64,000 nt of DNA. Origin: Octopus sinensis. Lineage: Eukaryota. The position numbers and the translations under genes are program-made. This document shows positions 49,163 through 63,522 of the stretch, piece by piece; positions within the stretch are counted from its first letter, which is position 1; each line of letters begins with the position of its first letter. Location of the stretch: positions 49,724,001 to 49,788,000 of the forward strand of contig NC_043015.1 in assembly GCF_006345805.1 (NCBI RefSeq), given 5' to 3'. The notes beneath the pieces are model-generated. The model made no database searches. It was not told the DNA's origin and saw nothing but the letters and a program-made list of their open reading frames with translations.

Positions 49163-49730
49163 CGAGTAAATTGATATTCATTTAATTATTTTGGTCAACG
49201 AATAGTGAGCCTCTAACAAAATACATTGTGATATTTAGTCTCACTTCTTTATGTTGTTAGTTCAATTCCTGTCAGAGTGAATTTGCTTTGTAGCAACCAG
49301 TAGAACAAGTACCAGCTAAATACTGAGGGTGATCAATATTCTCTCTCCTGAAATGTGTAGTTTCGTGTCTTGCTTGGAATTAATATAAATTTATGTAACG
49401 ATAAAATTGTCGACGTATCTAGTAATAAGAAACCAACGTTCGAACGTTAAACATTTTCAATCTAGAGATAGGCTTCTGACCAGTAGAAAATGTGTTTCGG
49501 TTTTTACTCTCAGTTGAAGGAGCTTCAGATTCTTCGACCCACCAATGTTCTTACAAAGGCTCCAAGATCAGAATACCAATGTCAGTGATGCTGGAGTAAT
49601 GTGAGTCTCGTGTAAGAGAATAACTTTTCGAGAAATGAAACCACGATATCTTACGAAATTAATCCGCTTAGAAAAAGTTTAAGTTGATCAAATTCCATTT
49701 AGAATCCCCTAAAATATACCGTGTTTCTTA

Positions 49731-50267
49731 TTTCTTTACTACCCACAAGGGGCTACACACAGAAGGGACAAACAAGGACAGACAAACGGATTAGGTCGAT
49801 TAGACAAACGGATTAAGTCGACCACGGCGGAATTTGAACTCAGAACGTAAAGACAGGCGAAATACTGCTAAGCATTTCGCCCGGCTTGCTAACGTTTCTT
49901 ATTCTTTACTACCCACAAGGGGCTAAACAGAGAGAGGACAAACAAGGACAGACATCGGATTAAGTCGATTATATCGACCCCAGTGCGTAACTAGTACTTA
50001 TTTAATCGACTCCGAAAGGATGAAAGGCAAAGTCGACCTCGGCGGAATTTGAACTCAGACGTAGCGGCAGACGAAATACATATTTCTTTACTACCCACAA
50101 GCGGCTAAACAGAGAGAGGACAAACAAGGACAGACAAACGGATTAAGTCGATTAGACAAACGGATTAAGTCGACCTCGGCGGAATTTGAACTCAGAACGT
50201 AGCGGCAGACGAAATACTGCTAAGCAATTCGCCCGGCGTTCTAACGATTCTGCCAGCTCGCCGCTTT
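49731..50267 (-). mobile_element. SINE-B trimer flanked by a 17-bp TSD
   Basis: atataccgtgtttctta at 49714-49730 and 50268-50284; two of the three bodies carry an internal deletion. Confidence 0.88.
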
Positions 50268-50720
50268 ATATACCGTGTTTCTTAGTCAAAACAAAACCCC
50301 TAATATCATCGCTTGTTAACATAGGCAGGTAATAGAACCGATTGAAAAGTTATCACCTAGGAGAAATGAGTAGGAGAGGAAATATATGATGAAAGAGACG
50401 ACCGTTTCAAACAAGATGGTTCGTCGGAGAAAGATCTTTCAACAGCGCTTGTCTCTTTATGAAGTTAATCTTTACACTAATCTCTTTAGTTTCTAAATAG
50501 ATCGTTGTGTAGAAGCTGTCTTCATATCTTCATATAGTCTTTACATCAAGTTTTATCATTAATCTTTTCATATAGTATCAACACATCTTTATATAGTTAG
50601 TCTGAATACATCGCTATGTAGTTTGTCCGCACATATATTTATTTGTATAGTGGTTTGAACACACCTTCATATAGTTGCTACCTATACATTTTTATAATTT
50701 TATATATTACTATTTTTTAG

Positions 50721-50752
<32 letters not shown>

Positions 50753-50864
50753 TATATAATATATATATATATTATAATATATATATATATGGAGGTGCAA
50801 TGGCCCAGTGGTTAGGGCAGCGGACTTTTTCTTTCCTTTAAAAATCGGCGGCATATATATATAT

Positions 50865-50895
<31 letters not shown>

Positions 50896-51059
50896 TATAT
50901 ATAATATATATATATTATATATGTGTGTGTGTGTGTGTGCGTGTGTGTGTCTAAAAGAATTATATATAAATTATAAAAATGTATAGGTAGCAACAATATA
51001 AAGCTGTAATACACTGGGGCTCGCACATTCATGTGTATATTCTTTATTATCTTTCCATA

Positions 51060-51134
<75 letters not shown>

Positions 51135-51371
51135 TTATATATCAGAGCATACACATGAAACTAAAACAGTAATTATTTTCTGTGTATGTGTGTGTGTGTG
51201 TGAGTGTATAGGTCAATATATATTTAAAATACAGACGTATATATGTAAGTATTTATACAAGCCTGTGTAAATAAATCTCTCCTCTCTTTTTCTCCGTCTT
51301 TATACATATAATAACGTGTACCCACATACATATATACATACATATAAGTGCATATATACACATATATTTAC

Positions 51372-51402
<31 letters not shown>

Positions 51403-51539
51403 TATGAGTTTATTTATCGATCTCTGTCTCTACGTACGTATGAACACACACACTTGCGCACACATATACACACACATTGTATGTATATTAGCGTGTGCTT
51501 TAATACAATGTACATAGTTACAGTGTTTGTATGTATCTG

Positions 51540-52080
51540 TGTATGTATGTATCTGTATACGTAAATCTGTGTGTACATGTGTGTGAGTGTGTATGTGTAT
51601 ATGAGTATGTGTGTGTGTGCGTTTGTCTTCGTGTGCGTGTGTGTAAATCTGTGTGTACGTGTGTATGCGTGTGTGAGTGTGTATACGTAAATCTGTGTGT
51701 ACATGTGTGTATACGTAAATCTGCGTGCACACGTGTGTATGCGTGTGTGTGTGTATGTCTGTATGTGTGTGTGTGCGTTTATGTCTTCGTGTGCGTGTGT
51801 GTAAATCTGTGTGTACATGTGTGTATGCATGTGTGAGTGTGTATGCGTGTGTGAGTGTGTATGTCTGTATGAGTATGTGTGTGTGTGCGTTTGTGTCTTC
51901 GTGTGCGTGTGTGTACATCTGTGTGTACATGTGTGTATGCATGTGTGAGTGTGTATGCGTGTGTGAGTGTGTATGGCTGTATGAGTATGTGTGTGTGCGT
52001 TTGTGTCTTCGTGTGCGTGTGTGTGTGTTTGTGTTTGTGTGAATGCGTGTGTGAGTGTGTGCGTGTGTGTGTGTGCGTGT
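51540..52080. repeat. TG-rich minisatellite (units containing gtaaatctgtgtgtacatg and gtcttcgtgtgcgtg)
   Basis: Direct inspection. Confidence 0.85.
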
Positions 52081-52091
52081 GTTTGTGTGAA

Positions 52092-52143
<52 letters not shown>

Positions 52144-52387
52144 GTTGTTTTTGCTGTCCGCTCGAAATAAAACTATTTATGTTTGTGCCGTGATAGAGAT
52201 CGATGAACTTCATCATGGCGGACGACCGGAGGCGGTACGTAACCATTGGCAACGTCAAAACACTGAAGTCTATACCACGAATATGTACACATACATACGC
52301 ACAGACACTCACATACACACACATACACACGCGCACATACACACAGGCGCACGCGCATTACATTCATTGTGTGTGTGTGTTTGTGTG

Positions 52388-53092
52388 TATCTATGTCTGC
52401 GTATCTTTAGGTGTAAGTGTAAAGATTTCCAAAATCGTGTGTGTATGTGTGTGTATGTGTGTGTGTGCGTGTGTATGTGTGTGTGTGTGTGTTTGTGTGT
52501 GTCTATGTCTGCGTATCTTTAGGTGTAAGTGTAAAAATTTCCAAAATCGTGTGTGTATGTGTGTGTATGTGTGTGTGTGCGTGTGTATGTGTGTGTTTGC
52601 GTGTGTCTATGTCTGCGTGTCTTTAGGTGTAAGTGTAAAGATTTCCAAAATCGTGTGTGTATGTGTGTGTATGTGTGTGTGTGTGTTTGGGTGTGTCTAT
52701 GTCTGCGTATCTTTAGGTGTAAGTGTAAAGATTTCCAAAATCGTGTGTGTATGTGTGTGTATGTGTGTGTGTGCGTGTGTATGTGTGTGTGTGTTTGGGT
52801 GTGTCTATGTCTGCGTATCTTTAGGTGTAAGTGTAAAGATTTCCAAAATCGTGTGTGTATGTACGTGTGTGTGTGTATGCGTGTGTGTTTGTGTATATGT
52901 GTATGTGGTGTGTGTGTGTATGTTTGTGTGTGTCTATGTCTGCGTATCTTTAGGTGTAAGTGTAAAGATTTCCAAAATCGTGTGTGTATGTGTGTGTGTG
53001 TGTGCGCGTGTGTATGTGTGTATGTGCGTGTGTGTCTATGTCTGCGTATCTTTAGGTGTAAGTGTAAAGATCTCCAAAACCGTGTGTGCATG
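52388..53092. repeat. Minisatellite: 7 copies of a ~46 bp constant core separated by variable (TG)n
   Basis: ctatgtctgcgtatctttaggtgtaagtgtaaagatttccaaaatc near 52391, 52503, 52607, 52697, 52805, 52934, 53036. Confidence 0.93.
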
Positions 53093-53599
53093 TGTGTGTG
53101 TGTGTGTGCGTGTGTGTGTGTGTGTGTGTGCGTGTGTAGTGTGATTGATGCTTATAATCACGATCAGCGTTAGAAATTTATAATCGTTATCGAAGTACGT
53201 ACTTCACAAGCTCCTTATTTACTAAAAGTTACCAGCCGGTTATTGTTATCAAAAATGATCACACTAAACAGCTTCAACTCTACATGCGTATATATTATGT
53301 GTGTATGTGTGCATATGTATACACACACATACATACATAAACACACTTACACAAACATACATACACATATGCATACACACACATAATATATATATTAGTA
53401 AATTGTTACCATTTTATATCTTAAATTACGCGCATGCGCTTTGTTTGTTTTTGATTTTGTCGACTACACAGTATGGTAGGGTCAGTTGAGTAATTAGGGT
53501 GTTTTTTTAATAATTTTAATGTTTTTCTTTTCTTTTTGTGTAAAGTAAACTTAAATTTACTGGAAAAAAATTTGTATATAAATTGTTTTACTATAAAAA

Positions 53600-53732
53600 G
53601 CGGTGGTGGTGGTGGTAGTGGTGGTGGTGGTGGTGGTGGTGGTGGTGGTGGTAGTGGGGTGGTGGTGGTGGTGGTGGTGGTAGTGGTGGTGGTGGTGGTG
53701 GTGGTGGTTGTGGTGGTTGTGGTGGTGGTGGG
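53600..53732. repeat. (GGT)n tract
   Basis: Direct inspection. Confidence 0.95.
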
Positions 53733-54291
53733 GATTGTAACAGGCTTTTGTGTAGAGCAATCTTGGAAGGTGAACGTAATAACAGATAACTAAAGCGAAA
53801 AGTTTTACTCTACACGTTCATGGCTGGACATTTATGTTATAATATTTCAGGTATGCGCTAATACCTATATATGCGCGCTCTCTCTCTCTCTCTCTCTCGC
53901 ACACGAACAAATACATGGACATATACACATACACACACATATATACATACGCCCCACCATAAGTATAGGAGGAGTGAAAAGTACAGCAAAAATCAAACAA
54001 GCGCAACGCGCACAGTCCTCTCTCGTCAGCTTGAGAGTGCATATTCCGGCAGTTTCGGCACGGAATTTCTGATAAACAACAGAATACAGCTACAAGTGAG
54101 AATAAAAACCGGGAATATAAAGAGTTACGACTTGTTTTTTTCGAAACTGTTACTTTGGTTAATGTAGATATACCACCAAAATTAATCTCCTTAATTACTT
54201 AATAAAGTTCTAATATATTAAGATATTTTTCTCAATATCTAAAGACCGATATTACTCCAGTTTTACAATGTCGTCCGTAATAATATGCAGG

Positions 54292-54349
<58 letters not shown>

Positions 54350-54474
54350 TCTTCTTCTTCTTCTCTCTTCCCATGCGTGGTTATGTGGTAAAAAAGTCAT
54401 GGCTCCAAGTTCAGTTACAGTGTGGAATTTTAGGCAAAATGGGTTTTTTTTACCTTGTAAGTGGATTTGGTAAA

Positions 54475-54516
<42 letters not shown>

Positions 54517-54839
54517 TGTGTGCGTGTGCGTGTGTGTGTGTGCGTGCGTGTGTGTGCGTGTGCGCGCGTATGTGTGTTTCTTTGTCTACCACCACGGCTC
54601 GACAACCGGTGTTGCTCTGTTTACGTCCCCGTCACTTAACGGTTCGACAAATTCTCCGATATAATAAGTACAAGTACTTGGGTAGTTTCGTTCGACTAAA
54701 AGTCGAGGCGGTGCCCCAGCATGGCCGGGGTTTACCTACTGGAACAAGTAACTGAAACAACTTACATAAGTCAATATATATACATACACACATATATACA
54801 AACACACACACAACTCACATACACACATATATATGACAT

Positions 54840-54847
54840 ATATGTGC

Positions 54848-54878
<31 letters not shown>

Positions 54879-55525
54879 TGTATGTATGTATGTATGTATG
54901 TATGTGCGTAGGTGTGTATGTATGCATGCATATATTTGCATGTATGTATCTACGTATGTATATACGTATGCGCGTAGGTATGTGTGTATGAATGCATGTA
55001 TTTGTATGTATATAAGTACGTACGTTTGTATATACGTATGTGCCTATGTATGATTGTATGCATGCATGAATGCGTGTGTTTGTATATGTGTATATATATG
55101 GACGTATGTGTGTAAGCATGCATGTATTTGTATGTATGTATGTATGTAAGTACGTACGTATGCATGTATGTACATATGTGCCTGTGTATGTATGTATGTA
55201 TGCAAGCATGTAAATTTGTACGAACGTGTGTACGTAGGCACATACATACATACGAAGTAGTCCATAATACATACATACATCATACATACATACGTACGTA
55301 CGTACATACACACATTCATACATACATGCTTACATAAGTGCGTACGTACGCACGTATGTATGTATGTATTTATGTATGTACGCACGTATGCATGTATGTA
55401 TGTATGTATGTATGCATGTATGTATGTATGTATGTATATATGTATGTATGCATGTATGTATGTATGTATGTATATATGTATGTATGCATGTATGTATATA
55501 TGTATGTATGCATGCATGTATGTAG

Positions 55526-55559
<34 letters not shown>

Positions 55560-56150
55560 TGTATGTATGTATGCATGTATGTATGTATGCATGTATGTAT
55601 GTATGCATGTATGTATTATGTATGTATATATGTATGCATGTATGTATGTATGTATGTATGTATGAATGCATGTATGTATGTATGTATTATGTATGTATGT
55701 ATGTATGTATGTATGTATGTATGTATGTATGCACGTATGTATGTACTTATGTATCTACGTACGCATGTATGTATGTATGTATTTATGTATGCATGTATGT
55801 ATGTATGCATGTATGTATGTATGTATATATGTATGTATGCATGCATGTATGTATGTATGTATGTATGTATGCACGTATGTATGTATACATGTATGTATGT
55901 ATTATGTATGTATGTATGCATGTATGTATGTATGTATGTAGTATGTATGTATGTATGTATGTATGTATGTATGTATGCACGTATGTATGTATGAATGTAT
56001 GTATATATGTATGTATGTATATATGTATGTATGTATGCATGTATGTATGTATATATGTATGTACGTATGTCTGTATGTATGTATGTACGTATGTATGTGT
56101 GTATGCATGTATGTATATATATGCATGCACGTATAGGTCGTGTTATTTCT
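54840..56150. repeat. ~1.3 kb degenerate (TATG)n array
   Basis: Direct inspection. Confidence 0.95.
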
Positions 56151-58075
56151 TTCTTTCGATCTGACAAACTTGGCGCTCTTCGCAAAATAGATTTCATTAG
56201 AAAAAACCCAATATACTCTCGCATTCTCGTAAGTAATCGTTTATTGGAATTGTATTTAGAAGCCAATTAGAGCGAGGTAGGAATAACTGGGTATGCAAAT
56301 GATATAAGAGATAATGATAAACGAAAAGGACGTATGAAACGAAATCTATAAAAAAAGTGTGAAAAACGTTATTCAATAAATTAAGGTATGACAAATAGCC
56401 GAGACAAAATGGAAAATGGGGAATTTATAATCGATAAAGAACTTAATGACATGAATGAGAGACGCTCTTACGGTTCGTATTGAGCAAGTCGCTGATGAAG
56501 TTACACGTCTTGCTCAATTATTGATGGCGCTATCGCAGTGGAAAGCTATTTCATACTGAGTGATATCGAAATATTAGCCGTCAGACGCTGGTTTCCGCTT
56601 CGCTTCTAGAGTACAATAAACAGCGGCGAAGGAAGCTTTCCCAATAAATCATTCAACGTAGATTCGTCGATCGATTACTACTAAATCTCACTTAGTGTTC
56701 GGGGGATTATGTGTGTATGTAAGTGTTTTTTGTTTTGGGTTTTTTTTTTTTTTTGGTTGTCGGGGGTTTTTTTTGCTACTATTTTATATATATATATTTT
56801 TTTTTTCTTTCATCTCAAATTTTCATGTTTTCTGACTAATTATCGTATAAAACAGCCGATTCACTGCATCTGTCGGATTACTATAACAAACGTGTTAATT
56901 CTAGTTGGGTTCTAGATGAGAGACGGTTTGAAGTAAGTTGTAGTAGCTGTGTTAGAAGCTTTTAAGTGTTTCCCAATGAAAACAAATATTAGCCACCATT
57001 TTAGATCTGTGAATCACCACTAATAATGCTCCTTAAATGCGCCAGACAATGAGGAAGCCGCTAAAACTAGCTGTGAAATCTAGTTCAATTTACACCTTAC
57101 TGTGTTAGAAAAACAAGGACACATAAGATAATGTAGTCCTAGATACACAAAAAGGCAGATTGTGGATGTGTTGCTTTTAATCTTTTTTTCCGATCTAACA
57201 GCTGTCTTTTTTCGTAAAGCAGACGTCATTAGAAAAATCAATATTTGTGTCTTGACAAATGATTGATTATTGGGATTTTATTAAGAGGTCAACCAGGAAT
57301 GACAGTATGAATTATAAGATAGAAAGCAATGTTTAAATAAAAAAAAGGGGTGTTATACCTTGCTCAAGATCGGATCTACATTCGATTAGAGCTATGCCTG
57401 ATCAGGAATGATTCTATGGTTAAACATTAACAGTCAATGAGAAACGCGAGTTCATAACTTTTCTCACACCCGTTTCACACTTGTGAACGCACATGGCCTC
57501 ATGGTAAAGGTGTTGCACTAATGATCGCAAGATTGTGGTTTCGATATCCGGAACAGGTGGTGCGTTGCGTTCTTGAGCGAAATACTCATGCTGCTTCAAT
57601 TGACTCAGCCTCAAGTGTGTAGCCCTTGGGTAGACTGACGTCCTATTCAAAGAGAGTTATGTGATCTCAGTCATTCGTTAGGCAAACTTGGTAACTGTCC
57701 CTATAAGAACCAGAGCCCGAGAGAATGAATCCGATTATTATTATTATTTAGTCTTTAATCCTTATTTGGAAGTAAACCATTAAAAACAATATGCCCCAAC
57801 CTTTGTCACTATTCTGTATTGAGGTTTTTCAAATGACTTTTTAATTTTTGTTTGTTTTTTTCTTTTACTCTTTCTCGTGTTTTCACCCTAAAAATTCTTT
57901 AACTAAAAGCAAATCAGCCTCTGAGTTAGGTTTACATAGAGAACTACATATATACATATACATGACAGGGCAAAAGTCAAGCACCGAAGCATTTGACATT
58001 TTATTTATATTACGTTATCATTATTATTATTATTAGTAGTAGTAGTAGTAGTAGTAGGAGTAGGAGTAGGAGTAG

Positions 58076-58123
<48 letters not shown>

Positions 58124-58176
58124 CAGCAGCAGCAGTATTATTATTATTATTATTATTATCATTATTATTATTATTA

Positions 58177-58212
<36 letters not shown>

Positions 58213-58269
58213 GTATGGCGGTGATTATAGTGGAAAGGATTATTATTATTATCTATAAAAACTCTGTAA

Positions 58270-60130
58270 TTGCTTGCTTGCTTGCGGTATTGCTTGCTTG
58301 AGTGATTGTCTGTGATTTAATACAGCCGAACCGGCGCATAATGAGAAAATACTCTGAAAATATAGTACCCTGAAACGTGAATACAAACGGAATTAAACTA
58401 TGTGTGTACATACGGAATAAAACACGGATTCCCGAGATGCGGGGGTTTGTGGGCTTTGTATCCACAAATTTAAGCGGTGGAATCTGGAGTTATTGCCCTT
58501 TACTGTAACACCTGTGATTGATAGTTTTATTGGTAAGCTACAGATGAATACTCCACCGACTTTGTTGCCTCATAACTTCCAGAAAAATGGATACTTTTTA
58601 ACAAAATTTCCAACAAATACCGCATAGATGTTGTGAATTCAGAGTATGTAGGGAATTATTGGAAATAATTTTTTCCGAGCAGGTAGAGAGAAGAATTTCA
58701 GAAAATTCACACGATTCGACTTTTTCTTCATAACTTTCATGGAAATGAATTTCTTTTAATGAAATTCTATACAAATGCCTTTCAAATGGCATGGATTACG
58801 CTTTTAAAGATTACGAGGAGATGGAGTGAGGAGTTTCGAAAAAACGAGGTTTCGGATCAGGAAAACCAACTAAGTTGGAACAATTCTGTTTTGACAGGGA
58901 TTTTTCACATTTTTTATTTCACCACAGCCTTCGAAATGATGGGGCACATCTTTTTTATGAAAAAAGGCTTTGAAAATTTTTTGAAATTCTTCACCATCCC
59001 ACTCCGGACCGATTTTAGTTAATTTTTTTAACAACTTAAAAAAACATGGAAGGAGCCTTTTCGGTAAAAAATAAAAAATAAAACAAAAATTTTCGAGGAA
59101 AAGCTGTACGATTCAAGGGAGATTTGACAGTTGTTTCTAGCACATCTTAAACCACCCTCCGTTTTCACTCTCACATGTATTGATGTTTTCTCAATATTTT
59201 TCTCCCATTAAACTTTATGGAATGATGATGCCGAAGTAACACACGCATGGTTTTCTGGCAGAATATAAGCAACAACAAAAAAAAAATTGTAATTTAAATT
59301 TTTAACCCCACCTCAATCAAGCGAAGTTATCTGTGCGTGTCAGAAAAAATATCTCCTAACAGAAAAGTATGCTATTAAAATGAATTATCGTTTATATACC
59401 ATTGTGGATAAATGCCAAGAATGACCTTCTCAAGCTCTCCAATATTTTAATTTGTAAACAGAAACAATTGCGGACAGGGAGTGGGGTTGCAAAAAGTAAT
59501 AATTTTTCAATTTTTTTAATAGCATATAAATATATTTATGGGGAGAAAGATATTGAAAAACATCAATACATTCGAGAGTGAGAAAGAAACGAGGAGGGTT
59601 GTCATGGAATGTGCTAGAAACAACTGCCAAATCTCCCTTAAATATTAACAGTTTTTAAATATCTTTTTAAAGAAAAGGCTCCTCCCATCGTTTTGAAGTG
59701 AAAAAAAAATTGCCAAAATCGATCCGGAGTGGGATGATGAGGTGGGGGGAGGCGGTTGTATAAAATTTTTTTTTAACTTGTTTGTCAGAAGGTGTTCCCC
59801 GCCCACATCATTTCGAAGGCTATGGTTTTTTTTTAAATGGGAAAAATCCCCGTTAAATACATTTATATTTACGCCAGTTTTGTTTATGTGCTTGCTTGCT
59901 TGCTTGCTTGCTTGCGTGCTTGTCTGTAATTTAATACAACCAAACCAGTGCATAATGGGAAAATACCCTAAAAGTAAGTTACCCCTGAAATATAAATACA
60001 AACGGAATAAAACAAGTTTGGCGTAAATCGGACCGCGAATTCCCGAGATCCGGGGGTTTGGGTACCTTCATAAATAGCCAAAACGATGCTTAATGGGAAA
60101 GTACTCCGAAAGTAACATAACTCTGAAATA
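58270..60130. repeat. Fragments of an unclassified (TGCT)n-containing repeat in direct and inverted arrangement
   Basis: 58270-58460 resembles 59890-60065 (direct); 58885-59330 resembles the reverse complement of 59460-59860. Confidence 0.65.
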
Positions 60131-60624
60131 GGAAAATTATTTCCATTAATTTTATGTTTACGTTATATAACGGTTCCTTTTGCATTTTTGTAGAAGTGTG
60201 CATATACGCCATTAAAAATGCTGTTGCTGGAGTTCTAATTTATCCCAGAAGTTCTCTTTCTATGAGATGCCGTAAATAATCAATAAAACCTTAAACACGA
60301 ACTTGTAAACCGGACCTATGATGACTCGAACGAATTGGAATATTTAACTGAATCATCATAAAATCAACTTTCATTTTTATGCAATGTTGAAATCAGCTTC
60401 AATGTTTCGTAACCTGAACCGCCAGTGACCCAACGGGTCATGGGTTGTCTAGTTGTTATTAAGAGTGATGATGATGATGATGATGATTATCTTTTGTTTC
60501 TCACCGGAGCGTTGAGTGAAGTGCTGGAGAGCATTACAAAGAGTTTATAATTTATGTGGAGGGTTTATATAAAAGGTGAAGGGAAGATAGGGAGAAGAAG
60601 GTGAAAAAAGCCTACACAGTAGGC

Positions 60625-61069
60625 AGGCGTAGGAGTGGCTGTATGGTAAGTAGATTGCTTACGAACCACATGGTTCCGGGTTCAGTCCCACTGAAGTGGC
60701 CAAGTATCTTCTTGGCCAAGTGCCTTCTACTATAGCCTCGGGCCGACCAAAGCCTTGTGAGTGGATTTGGAAGACAGAAACTGAAAGAAGCCCGTCGTAT
60801 ATATGTATATATATATATATGTGTGTGTGTGTGTGGTGTATATGTGTGTGTGTGTGTGTCTGTCTGTCTTTGTCCCCCCAACATCGCTTGACAACCGATG
60901 GTGGTCTGTTTACGTCCCCGTAAACATTAGCGGTTCGGCAAAAGAGACCGATAGAATAAAGTGCTAGACGCACAAAGAATAAGTCCTGGGGTCGATTTGC
61001 TCGACTAATGGCGGTGCTCCAGCATGGCTACAGTCAAATGGCTGAAACAAGTAAAAGAGTAAAAGAGTA
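60625..61069 (+). mobile_element. SINE family A, full length
   Basis: ggcgtaggagtggctgtatggtaag..ggttccgggttcagtccc..gaaacaagtaaaagagtaaaagagta. Confidence 0.9.
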
Positions 61070-61808
61070 TATAAAGTAAGCGAACACGTGAATGATGCAA
61101 TCCTTCCGAAACAGGACAACCTCCAGCCAGAGTCAATTAGGCGCCCCACAGATCCAGGGTCGCCCTAACCATTAGGGACACAAACCTCACCCAGCTGTTG
61201 CATTCTAGCTTACAAGCACATGCTTAAAGCAAGTTCACTCACCCTAATCAAATTCACTGGGAAGTAGCGCTTCCCTTTTCACCCTCAATTTTCTCTCTAA
61301 GTGAAATAAAAAAAGTCGATGAGTGCTTGATTGATGAGGAAGGTATCTTTCCTCGGTCCTTTCATCACTCGACCACCTTTGTTATAGCCATTAAACAGAG
61401 GAACACCGTCAGCCCTATTTTGTTAAAGATGGGGGTCGCGTTGCGATCCTCGGAATGGAACTTGGCCGATGGTTGGATGGAAAGAAACTTTGGGAATGTG
61501 TTCTTCTTTTCGATTCTTGCAAAGATTTCACGACTCCATTAGAGAAAAGACCTCAAAGGAAGAGTACACTGATAGAGGAGATGGCGGTGGAGTAAGGGGA
61601 AAAAAAACATTCCCTCGTTTATAGAATTTCTTTGATTTAAGCACGCACACACATATACACACAACATGTGTGTATCTTTGTATGAATGTATGTATGTATA
61701 TGAATATGCATATATGTGTATGTTTGTACTTATATATGTTTATATATATATACATATACTTATACACAGATATATTTACATATACATATATGCATATATC
61801 TATCTATC

Positions 61809-61840
<32 letters not shown>

Positions 61841-61934
61841 ATGTGTTGTGTATTTGTATGTGTACGTGTATATATATATATACATAGTGTATATACGCAT
61901 ACATACACACACACATACATACATCTATATATAT

Positions 61935-61976
<42 letters not shown>

Positions 61977-62474
61977 TATATATATATATATAATATATAT
62001 ATATATATGCACACACATACACACGCATAAAACCTAATAACCTATCTAAAATCCCTTTTGCTTCGTTTACTATGATTCATAGGGATCACACTTAGACGAA
62101 AGGAAGTAAAGAAACAAAAATAGTCAAATAATATAAATAACTATACCAAAAAAAACAACCAAAAATGGTGGCGGAGATAAAAAGAGGAAAAGATAAGAGG
62201 AAAGAGAGACAGAGACAGATAGAAGAAGAGAGACAAACAGACAGACAGAAGAAGAGAGAGAGAGAAGAGGTTTGAAGTGACGACATTTACAATGAATAGC
62301 TGGATAATGAGAAACTATTTTCTGGCGAGAGCGTCCTTAGTTGAATACGCATTGAATTGCTATCGCTGCAGAGGTGATGTTTTCATTGGCTGAAAGACGT
62401 TGGGGGGGAAAATTCATGCGAAGCAGCGTCCCTGTGTCTCATCGTTCACTGATATACACGGAAAGTTCTGTGTA

Positions 62475-62548
<74 letters not shown>

Positions 62549-62926
62549 TGTGTGTGTGTGTGTGTGTATGTGTATGAGGTATGTGTGGGCAAGTGTGGAG
62601 TTTGTGTAAAATAAAAAAAAATCAACAACAAAACAACAAAATATGAAAACTTCTCCGTATGTATGCATATGTATACATACATTTGTGCTTAAATATATGT
62701 GTGTTGTGTACGTGTGTGTATGTGTGTGTGTGTGTGTGAGTGTGTATGTACTGTTTATTTTTATCTGTAAGTGAAATACACGCATATGTATATATGTATA
62801 TACATACATACATACATACATACATTCATACATAAATACATACATACACACACAAACACACACATATCTATCTCTCTCTCACTTTCGCTCTCTTTCTTTC
62901 TCTCTATCTCTCTCTCTCTCTCTCTC

Positions 62927-63003
<77 letters not shown>

Positions 63004-63055
63004 GCACAAACGTATACACTTCCGAACATATATTCACACATACATATAACATATG

Positions 63056-63097
<42 letters not shown>

Positions 63098-63459
63098 TGT
63101 GTGTGTATGTGTGTGTGTGTGTGTTATGCACACACACGAGTTCACTTGCATACATGCAACTCTGCTAAATATCCGCTGGCAACCATGAGAATTGCGTGGA
63201 ACAGCGACGGGTATGTATGTATGTATGTAGGTAGGTAGGTAGGTAGGTAGGTAGGTAGGTAGGTAGGTAGGTAGGTAGGTAGGTAGGTAGTTAGGTAAGT
63301 AGGTATATATGTGTAAATTGAATACCTCATAAAATATGAGGCATTCAATTTACGCATATACATTTTATATAAAGTACGATAGGGTACAAAGAGAAGGGTA
63401 TAAAACGTGTTCGCATGATTTACACACGTATGTCGTTTCTCTGTAAAATAATAATGATA

Positions 63460-63522
<63 letters not shown>

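Noticed and set aside
49514-49600. Plus-strand 87-nt exon candidate (ctctcag| ... |gtgagt)
   Set aside because: Stops in all frames before the strong donor; no recognisable product.
52195-52265. MADDRRRYVTIGNVKTLK start of the 313-aa ORF
   Set aside because: The rest of the ORF is TG repeat and the short unique part resembles nothing I recognise.
52388-53092. CRISPR-like repeat-spacer appearance
   Set aside because: Spacers are all (TG)n variants of each other, there are no cas genes, and the context is eukaryotic; it is a minisatellite.
56479-56518. Hairpin attgagcaag/cttgctcaat enclosing ctgatga (miRNA, snoRNA or hammerhead?)
   Set aside because: Only 10 bp pair well, there is no GAAA for a hammerhead and no D box; too short for a pre-miRNA.
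60625-60700. tRNA genes at SINE heads
   Set aside because: A and B boxes are present but there is no complete cloverleaf, and each continues into a SINE body.
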